NCBI GenBank assembly: GCA_964016885.1
Contig: OZ024741.1
Span: 92,876,001 to 92,940,000, forward strand
Source of the DNA: Eledone cirrhosa
Lineage: Eukaryota
Direction of reading: 5' to 3'
DNA length: 64,000 bases
The translations under genes and the position numbers were made by a program. Under the pieces are notes generated by a model. That model ran no database searches. It had not been told where the DNA came from and was given only the letters and a program-made list of their open reading frames with translations. Positions 13,301-22,912 of the stretch are shown one piece after another (position 1 is the first letter of the stretch; each line of letters opens with the position of its first letter).

Positions 13301-16300
13301 AACCACCTAAGGCCATCTCTGGTTCTATAATACTAAACCACCTAAGGATCCCTCGTTCTATGATAGTAAACCACCTAAGGCCATCCATGGTTCTATGATA
13401 CTAAACCACCTAAGGCCATCTCTGGTTCTATGATAGTAAACCACCTAATGCCATCCTTGGTTCTATGATAGTAAACCACCTAAGGCCATCTCTGGTTCTA
13501 TGATAGTAAACCACCTAATGCCATCCTTGGTTCTATGATAGTAAACCACCTAAGGCCATCTCTGGTTCTATGATAGTAAACGACCTAAGGCCATCTCTGG
13601 TTCTATGATAGTAAACCACCTAATGCCATCCTTGGTTCTATGATAGTAAACCACCTAAGGCCATCTCTGGTTCTATGATAGTAAACCACCTAATGCCATC
13701 CTTGGTTCTATGATAGTAAACCACCTAAGGCCATCTCTGGTTCTATGATAGTAAACGACCTAAGGCCATCTCTGGTTCTATGATAGTAAACCACCTAAGG
13801 CCATCTCTGGTTCTATGATAGTAAACCACCTAATGCCATCCTTGGTTCTATGATAGTAAACCACCTAAGGCCATCTCTGGTTCTATGATAGTAAACCACC
13901 TAAGGCCATCTCTGGTTCTATAATACTAAACCACATAAGGCCATCTCTCGTTCTATGATAGTAAACCACCTAAGGCCATCTCTGGTTCTATGATAGTAAA
14001 CCACCTAAGGCCATCTCTGGTTCTATAATACTAAACCACCTAAGGCCATCTCTCGTTCTATGATAGTAAACCACCTAAGGCCATCCATGGTTCTATGATA
14101 CTAAACCACCTAATGCCATCCTTGGTTCTATGATAGTAAACCACCTAAGGCCATCTCTGGTTCTATGATAGTAAACCACCTAAGGCCATCTCTGGTTCTA
14201 TAATACTAAACCACCTAAGGCCATCTCTCGTTCTATGATAGTAAACCACCTAAGGCCATCCATGGTTCTATGATAGTAAACCACCTAAGGCCATCTCTGG
14301 TTCTATGATAGTAAACCACCTAAGGCAATCTCTGGTTCTATGATAGTAAACCACCTAATGCCATCCTTGGTTCTATAATACTAAACCACCTAAGGATCCC
14401 TCGTTCTATGATAGTAAACCACCTAAGGCCATCCATGGTTCTATGATACTAAACCACCTAATGCCATCCTTGGTTCTATGATAGTAAACCACCTAAGGCC
14501 ATCTCTGGTTCTATGATAGTAAACCACCTAAGGCCATCTCTGGTTCTATGATAGTAAACGACCTAAGGCCATCTCTCGTTCTATGATAGTAAACCACCTA
14601 AGGCCGTCCATGGTTCTATGATACTAAACCACCTAAGGCCATCTCTGGTTCTATGATAGTAAACCACCTAATGCCATCCTTGGTTCTATGATAGTAAACC
14701 ACCTAAGGCCATCTCTGGTTCTATGATAGTAAACCACCTAATGCCATCCTTGGTTCTATGATAGTAAACCACCTAAGGCCATCTCTGGTTCTATGATAGT
14801 AAACCACCTAAGGCCATCTCTGGTTCTATGATAGTAAACCACCTAAGGCCATCTCTGGTTCTATGATAGTAAACCACCTAATGCCATCCTTGTTTCTATG
14901 ATAGTAAACCACCTAAGGCCATCTCTGGTTCTATGATAGTAAACGACCTAAGGCCATCTCTGGTTCTATGATAGTAAACCACCTAAGGCCATCTCTGGTT
15001 CTATGATAGTAAACCACCTAATGCCATCCTTGGTTCTATGATAGTAAACCACCTAAGGCCATCTCTGGTTCTATGATAGTAAACCACCTAAGGCCATCTC
15101 TGGTTCTATAATACTAAACCACCTAAGGCCATCTCTCGTTCTATGATAGTAAACCACCTAAGGCCATCTCTGGTTCTATGATAGTAAACCACCTAAGGCC
15201 ATCTCTGGTTCTATAATACTAAACCACCTAAGGCCATCTCTGGTTCTATGATAGTAAACCACCTAATGCCATCCTTGGTTCTATGATAGTAAACCACCTA
15301 AGGCCATCTCTGGTTCTATGATAGTAAACCACCTAAGGCCATCTCTGGTTCTATAATACTAAACCACCTAAGGCCATCTCTGGTTCTATGATAGTAAACC
15401 ACCTAATGCCATCCTTGGTTCTATGATAGTAAACCACCTAAGGCCATCTCTGGTTCTATGATAGTAAACCACCTAATGCCATCCTTGGTTCTATGATAGT
15501 AAACCACCTAAGGCCATCTCTGGTTCTATGATAGTAAACCACCTAAGGCCATCTCTGGTTCTATGATAGTAAACCACCTAAGGCCATCTCTGGTTCTATG
15601 ATAGTAAACCACCTAAGGCCATCTCTGGTTCTATAATACTAAACCACCTAAGGCCATCTCTCGTTCTATGATAGTAAACCACCTAAGGCCATCCATGGTT
15701 CTATGATAGTAAACCACCTAAGGCCATCTCTGGTTCTATGATAGTAAACCACCTAAGGCAATCTCTGGTTCTATGATAGTAAACCACCTAATGCCATCCT
15801 TGGTTCTATGATACTAAACGACCTAAGGCCATCTCTGGGTCTATGATAGTAAACCACCTAAGGCCATCTCTGGTTCTATGATAGTAAACCACCTAATACC
15901 ATCCTTGGTTCTATGATACTAAACCACCTAATGCCATCTCTGGTTCTATGATAGTAAACCACCTAAGGCCATCTCTGGTTCTATGATAGTAAACCACTAA
16001 TACCATCCTTGGTTCTATGATAGTAAATGACCTAAGGCCATCTCTGGGTCTATGATAGTAAACCACCTAAGGCCATCTCTGGTTCTATGATAGTAAACCA
16101 CTAATACCATCCTTGGTTCTATGATAGTAAACGACCTAAGGCCATCTCTGGGTCTATGATAGTAAACCACCTAAGGCCATCTCTGGTTCTATGATAGTAA
16201 ACCACTAATACCATCCTTGGTTCTATGATAGTATACCACCTAAGGCCATCTCTGGTTCTATGATAGTAAACCACCTAAGGCCATCTCTGGTTCTATGATA

Positions 16301-16853
16301 CTAAACCACCTAAGGCCATCTCTGGTTCTATGATAGTAAACCACCTAATGCCATCCTTGGTTCTATGATAGTAAATCACCTAATGCCATCTCTGGTTCTA
16401 TGATAGTAAACCACATAAGGCCTTCTCTGGTTCTATGATACTAAACCACCTAATGCCATCTCTGGTTCTATGATAGTAAACCACCTAAGGCCATCTCTGG
16501 TTCTATGATAGTAAACCACCTAATGCCATCTCTGGTTCTATGATAGTAAACCACTAATACCATCCTTGGTTCTATGATAGTATACCACCTAGGGCCATCT
16601 CTGGTTCTATGATAGTAAACCACCTAATGCCATCTCTGGTTCTATGATAGTAAACCACCTAATGCCTCCTTGGTTCTATGATACTAAACCACCTAATGCC
16701 ATCTCTGGTTCTATGATACTAAACCACCTAAGGCCATCTCTGGTTCTATGATAGTAAACCACCTAAGGCCATCCCTGGTTCTATGATAGTAAACAACCTA
16801 AGGCCATCCCTGGTTCTATGATAGTAACAACCTAAGGCCATCCCTGGTTCTAT
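1317..16853 (+). repeat. 35-bp tandem satellite array (~440 units)
   Basis: Unit GGTTCTATGATAGTAAACCACCTAAGGCCATCTCT with a common variant ...CCTAATGCCATCCTT. Continuous for ~15.5 kb, most homogeneous at ~3.8-8.4 kb, more diverged at the ends. Confidence 0.99.
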
Positions 16854-17430
16854 TATTCACATCCATTTTCAATACTAGCATGGGTTAGATGGGTTGTCCT
16901 GTTGTGGGCAATCGTATGTTAGGTGACCATGTCTTGCTCATACCGGCCTCGTTCTGGCTTAGTTTCTGCAGCTGAATGCCCTTCGTAAGGTCAACCTCAA
17001 TTTACAGTGAGTACTGGGTGCTTTTTGTCCTGACACCTACATAACCACTTTACAGTGTGGGCTGAGGGTCTTCACTGGATGCATTTACTTTGGCCTGTCA
17101 TCCTGGGGATGTATGGGAGGCTGGGTTGTGTTGGGGCATACTGTATATATGCTTTTGCTTGTGCTCGTGGGAAGTCGGGTCTTCTATATTACTGCATATT
17201 GCCAGAGATCCCGGTCATGTGCCATTGCCTTTAAGAGGTGAAATTGGGCAAGGTCAGCTTTTATCATTTCATCCTAAGTCTTCCTGGGTCTCTCCACTCC
17301 AAGGCTTCCATTGACTTTGAGTGCTCTTCACATTTTTATGCAGCTGTCATCCTTCATACGAATCACATGTCCATACCAATGCAATTTCCTCTCCTGCACA
17401 CAGAATGAAAGCTCGATGCGAGTTGACTCG
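16854..17430 (-). mobile_element. Degraded 3' end of an older RTE-type LINE
   Basis: Minus strand at ~17230-17430 encodes a degenerate RRLHWYGHV.RMKDDSCIK C-terminus. The tail resembles 56590-56790 and 31665-31930, and it abuts the end of the satellite. Confidence 0.6.
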
Positions 17431-18353
17431 CATCAAGCCACTGCTCTCTGTCCTTTGAGGTAATATTTTACCCAACACCGTTTCGGCAGTATTTTGCCGT
17501 TCTAACAGCTTCCATATGCCGAGTTTTCCCATTTTCCTGAGAATCCTAATACACTCGCGTCTCAAAACTCTACTTTCGAGTTAATTTGTTTATACCTTCA
17601 ATAGCTACCTTACCCTTTTAACGCAGATTGATATCATTCCTGAGGTGTGTTGTCTTTTCTTCCCTCTTCCTCTGTCCTTCGTTCCTTCATTCTTCCTTTC
17701 TCTCCCTTCTCTCTCATTGCTCCCTATCTTCTACAGGCCAGCTCTATTTACAACACCAATATTCTTCCTTTCTCACGAAGACTTGAGATCGATCAGACCC
17801 ACTCCATCTCTCTCTCTCTCTCTCTCTCTAGCCTGTCCCAACACAAACAATATATGAACAAAGATATTTATTTCTCCGTTACGAGCCTCCTATTCCCCAC
17901 AGTAATCTCATTAATTCGTCGAAACTGCTGGAGGTTGAGATCTGAAGAGCATATATTAATGTCTGTGACCTGTTCACTTTCATCCATTCTTTTTCCTCCA
18001 TCCTATCTTCTCTTCCTTCCTTCAAGTCAACTCACATTGAGTTGCTGATCTCTGTTCTTCGAGGTAATATTTTACCCAACACCACTTCGACGGTATTTTG
18101 CTGTCCTAACAGTTTCCATAAGTCAAGATTTCCCATTTTCCTGAGAATATATATATGTGTGTGTGTAGGTGGTATTTTATGAGGATCATAATAACTTTTC
18201 AGAATAATATTTCTAATATGATTGTATAAAGCAAGATATTTACAATCTAATTATATTTGTACTCCTCATCTAATTCAGAGTTTACCTTTTTCTTACATCA
18301 TGAGCTGTTTCCTATAGCTCTTAGTTGTATTGATTTCTTATCAAATATATTCA

Positions 18354-19240
18354 TTAAACCTTTTGATACCAAACCACCTGAAACCATCCTTGGTTCTATG
18401 ATACAAAGCTGTTTGTTTTAAAGTGTTTATATTCAAATATAAATTTTTTATTGTAATGTTTTGTGAGAACCTTTGTTAAGTTATGTTCCAAATGTATCGA
18501 TGTCTGTTCCCACCTTGACCGCTGGTTGACATTTAACGGTCATTTTCTGGGTTATCTACTTTTGGGCGTCAACAGGTCTGAGATTGAGCTACCTCGAATG
18601 GCCAGCAGTTTGGAGCGGTTCTTGATAGAGTAAACATATAAAACATTTGCTTTGTACAGATCCCTTCGGGTCTACAGACTCTTACTTTCTCTCTCTCTTT
18701 CACTCAATCTCTATCTTTTGGTCTCTTTCTCAACTGAGCCAGTGAAGTTCATGAAGTTTTCTTGGTAAATACAACTTTAACTCTACTTTTATAAACAAAT
18801 AAATAACATCCATAATTCTTGTGTATTTTTCGTATAGCTTCAGCATGAGCTATTTTCATTAAATTAATAATATAGCAGTTTGGTGTCATCGTGGTTCATT
18901 TGTATATATTCATTCTCTGCGTGATCAAAGAACTATCATATCATCATCATTTTAATGAACACTTACTCACTTACCTGCACACATACAACCTCTGGTCTCA
19001 CTGTATTACACAACAGTGACCACAGGACACAGCAAGCTAAAAGTGAGCACACACACAACAAACGAATCAATACCACAATACAACCAACAACCAGCTCGAC
19101 CACCAAATAATTGCTATACAAACACCAGTTTAATAATGAAAAAGTTAGTTCACTAAATCCCAATAAATTTCTTGATTTTATAAAAAATTATTTGAAAGCC
19201 ATAGAGTGTCTTCCATTAAAAACATTGTAACAAAAAGACC
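18354..19240 (+). mobile_element. TTAA-flanked piggyBac-like MITE (family 1), interrupted by an insertion
   Basis: Starts ttaaaccttttgataccaaaccacc, breaks after gttatgttccaaa (18492) and resumes aacaccagtttaataatgaaaaagttag (19121). Homologous to copies near 29.7-30.3k, 37.5-38.2k, 44717-44978, 50.36-50.53k, 54.06-54.30k (-), 55.64-55.79k and 62.34k. Confidence 0.65.
18493..19120. mobile_element. ~628-bp insertion with TG...CA ends (candidate solo LTR)
   Basis: Interrupts the MITE consensus gttccaaacacc; termini tgtat...ataca; target-site duplication unclear. Confidence 0.4.
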
Positions 19241-19286
19241 AATGTTTCAAACTTGTTGGACTAAAACATCAACCTTTGTATTTCAG

Positions 19287-19367
19287 GTCAATATATCTGG
19301 TGGAGCAATGAATCCTTGCCGAGCATTTGGTCCTGCTGTCATTACAGGAAACTGGCATGCTCACTGG
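19287..19367 (+). CDS. Aquaporin (MIP family, AQP4-like), penultimate exon (loop E, second NPA box = NPC)
   Basis: tttcag|...|gtaagt. The 81-bp phase-0 exon encodes [27 protein letters not shown], matching the 81-bp loop-E exon of classical aquaporins (AQP4 [27 protein letters not shown]). Confidence 0.93.
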
Positions 19368-19621
19368 GTAAGTATGCAAATATTAAGGGAAGGGCTTCAT
19401 GGAATGTTTCCTGTAGTTAAGAGATTAGTGAATTAATAGTTTAGATGCAGGCAAGGTGAAGTTTACTGCACAATCAAATGGTCTTGGAGTCTATCCCATT
19501 GCATTGTACCTTGGGCACGTGTTTTCTGCTATAGCCTCAGGTTGACCAATGCCTTATGAATGAATTTCATAGATGTTAACTGTAAGGAAATTTATTATGC
19601 TGAATATTACATATATATATA

Positions 19622-20038
19622 TCATCATCATCATCATCATCGTTTAACGTCCATGTTCCACGCTTGCATGGGTTTGGACGGGAGTTTTCCCACTTGAGGC
19701 AAGAGTGGTTGTCTTGCTCGCATAAGACTGTCTGGCGGGTTTTCTACAGCTGGATGCCCTTCCTAACACCAACCACATTTACAGTCTGGGACTGGGAGGT
19801 TTTTACCGTGTTGCCTACACGGCCACATTACAGCGTGAACTGTGTGTTTTTCGACGTGACACCTACACGATCTCATTTGTTTCGGCCTGGATGTTGTGGC
19901 ACCAACATAACTTTACATTGAAAGGGGCGGTGTGGATGGGGTGGGGGTGGTGGGACGGGGGGTGTATTTTGTTAGAGATGCCTACTGACTGTAGTAGGTT
20001 TTACTTTGTATTTAGGTAAGGCGGGTCTTACCTAAATA
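19622..20038 (-). mobile_element. RTE LINE, 3' UTR-only copy with (GAT)n tail
   Basis: Near-identical to the 3' ends at 22.9k, 41.3k, 59.1k and 61.1k; sits in (TA)n; fold-back at its 5' junction. Confidence 0.9.
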
Positions 20039-20055
20039 TATATATATGTGTGTGT

Positions 20056-20797
20056 ATGTAAAGTGGTCATGTTGGTGTCATGACAAAAGGCACCCAGCCC
20101 ACACTGTAGGTGGTTGTATAAGTGTTACGTCAAAAAGCACCCAGTCCACACTGTAAAGTGGCTATGTAGGAGTCACAACAAACAGCACCCAGTCTACACT
20201 GTAAAGTGGTTGTGTAGTAGTCACGATAAAAAGCACCCAGCCCACACTGTAAAGTGGCCATGTAGGAGTCACAACAAACAGCACCCAGTCCACACTGTAA
20301 AGTGGTCATGTAGGTGTCATGATAAAAAGCACCCAGCTCTCACTGTAAGGTGGTCGAATAGGAGTTACGACAAACAGCACCCAGCTCACACTGTAAAGTG
20401 GTCCTATAGTAGTCATGACAAACAGCACCCAACTCACACTGTAAAGTGGTCGTGTAGGAGTCACGACAAACAACACCCAGTCCACACTGTAAAGTGGTCA
20501 TGTAGGAGTCACGACAAACAGCACCCAGCCTACACTGTAAAGTCATTGTGTAGGTGTCACGACAAAAAGCACCCAGCGTACACTGTAAAGTGGTCATGTA
20601 GGAGTCATAACAAAAAGTGCCCTGCACACACCCTAAATGTGGTTGGCATTAGGAAGGGCATCCAGCTATAGAAATCTAGCTAGAAACAGCTTTATATGGC
20701 AAGGCACAGTCACCTGACCCAACTTACCTCAAATGGGACAACCTGTCTAAACCTGCTAGCATAGAAAGTGGACATTAAACAATGATGATGATGATAA

Positions 20798-20800
<3 letters not shown>
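20056..20800 (+). repeat. 48-bp minisatellite (~12 units) running into an RTE-type 3' tail
   Basis: Unit ~CACACTGTAAAGTGGTCATGTAGGAGTCACGACAAACAGCACCCAGTC, seen as 16-aa periodicity in ORF 20114..20671. Continues into ttaggaagggcatccagct and (GAT)n. Confidence 0.9.
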
Positions 20801-20833
<33 letters not shown>

Positions 20834-21118
20834 TCATCATCATCATCATCATTATTACTGTGCAACATCTATTTTACATGCCTGCATAGTTTAGACAGAC
20901 TGTCACATTATGTAACTAGACAGTCAGGTGACCATGTCTTGTTTATATTCTCCCTTTTTTATTTGTTTTCTGCAGTTGAATGCCTTTCCTAATGACAACC
21001 ATTCCACAGCATATACTGGAACAATTTTTGTGACACCAGTACTACCACCTTACAATGTGAACTGGGTGCTTTTAGTCATATATATATATACATATATATA
21101 TATTTATTTGTATATATA

Positions 21119-21212
21119 CAGGGTGTCCCAAAAAATGTATACATACTTTGATGACTTGCAATATTTATTAGAATGCTGTTAGAGTGTGTATACATTTTTG
21201 GGGGATACCCTG
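21119..21212. mobile_element. Tc1/mariner-type MITE (94 bp)
   Basis: TIRs CAGGGTGTCCCAAAAAATGTATACA / TGTATACATTTTTGGGGGATACCCTG, flanked by TA within (TA)n. Confidence 0.8.
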
Positions 21213-22155
21213 TATATATATATATATATATATATATGCGTGAGTGTATATATTTATATATATTTATTGCATGAGTGTATATATCCATATATATTTATTT
21301 ATTTTCCAACAAGCATGAGACTAATAAGACTTTGTATTATTACATTTCTGTGTTTGACTTGTTATTCTTGAACTATAAATATATATATATCTGGTTCCTC
21401 CAGTCTCACAACAGACAGTGCTGTACTAATTTTTTCCATCTCCAGAGTTTATATACCTAACTTAGACTATTTTTTATAGTCAAACAACGTTGATGCTTCT
21501 AAATTTCAAATTCAAAAACTTCCTAAATCTCAACAGTTCTAAAAATAGATTATTTACATATGTACTGGATTCAAGTCCTACTGGTGGTGCTGTACAAATT
21601 GTTTCTACCTCCAGGTTTTATATGCCCAACTTAGACTATTTCTTAAAGTCAAACAACATTGATGCCTGGCCCGTCCGGCTGGCGCCCTCTCAGGTCACAT
21701 TGTCTTTCCGAGTACGTATCAGGGGGGGGGGGGGGGGGGGGCTATTGTGGTGACTCATTTCTAATGCATGAAAAATACCATCACCACCACTGGAATGCTC
21801 AATGACCATAATCACTCAATTCCGTGGTAAAAGTTACAACTGTGGTGTTGGACCATTAGTTTTGCCACAATCCTGTTATTGTCTCACTTGTTGTGAGGGC
21901 TTTCTAAAAGATCTGATGCAGGCCTACCAATATAGCAGTGATTTCAGCTGAATGCATCAACGTGCTGCTTGATTGTCTTCATGCTCCCCGTTGTTACCAG
22001 CATGACCCTCACTGACCTATATTTCCTCCTCCAGTAAACATGCCCATCTCTTCTTTCTATGTAAGTCTGGATGAAATGCTAGTGGCAAGTGTATGGTTTT
22101 CAATAAGAGGTACATTCGTGCACTATCTTCCGACTATGGAGCTAAGGGGCGAAAG

Positions 22156-22702
22156 CTATTGTGGTGACTCGCTGCTCTTGAGGCTGGGCTGATCGAATGG
22201 CTCTTGCATGAGTACTCAGTTGCTGAAGGCGAGACTGGCGCTCCTCTTGAGGCTGGCCTGCTCGATTGGCTCTTGCATGAGTCTTCATCTGAAGGCAACA
22301 TTCATGATCATCTTCAGACTCTGCTGCTCTAGTAACATTTTTTCTTCTGGGAAATCAGATCTTGTGGCCAAGCTGGGACTTTTTGGGTGGCATATCGGCA
22401 GTAACAATGATTATTCGAACAGGGTCATGTTTGCTCTTTATATAGGTGTTATTCAGGGGAGGATGACGCATAGAAATCGAATAATCAATCTAGTTATGAG
22501 AGGTCAATCATGACTGATAGTGATTGGCTTCAGTTAAAATGTGAATGCACGCACGTGAGTCAAAAGGTCAAAGGGGGCATTGTGTTGTTTAGTGAGATTG
22601 GTAGTGCTAATCTGTATGCCGCCTACATGGAAAGATGAGAAAAGCCAGTTCCATCGATTTCATTCAATAAATCCACCATTGGCGTGTTCTACAGCATCCA
22701 GA
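22156..22702 (-). mobile_element. Helitron 5' end with degenerate Rep/Hel N-terminus
   Basis: Minus strand begins A|TC at 22702. From ~22394 it reads MPPKKSQLG..*..RAAESEDD..HARANRAGQPQEERQSRLQQLSTHARAIRSAQPQEQR, resembling the charged STPR-like repeats at the start of animal Helitron proteins. Confidence 0.55.
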
Positions 22703-22912
22703 TATATATATATATAGTTGACGTACCTAGCTTCGCTTGGATAAACAGACGATAAGCTGTCTGTGCTTTCATACAGTCGAACTAAATGTAAACAAATCTC
22801 TGCGTAGTTAACGAAATAAATACAATGTTTGTTTATATTTTGTTTTTGTAGTTCTATTTTCCGATGTATTGTGTTTGTGTATGCAAAAATATCTGTAAAC
22901 GAATATATAATT

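Noticed and set aside
1317-16853. CRISPR-like array or repetitive protein gene
   Set aside because: Units are contiguous with no unique spacers, there are no cas genes and the context is eukaryotic. Most units contain TGA-TAG-TAA and the 35-bp period shifts frame, so + frames close quickly; the minus-strand ORF 1954..2178 is incidental.
19311-19319. RNA editing restoring NPA from NPC
   Set aside because: TGC cannot become GCN by A-to-I editing.
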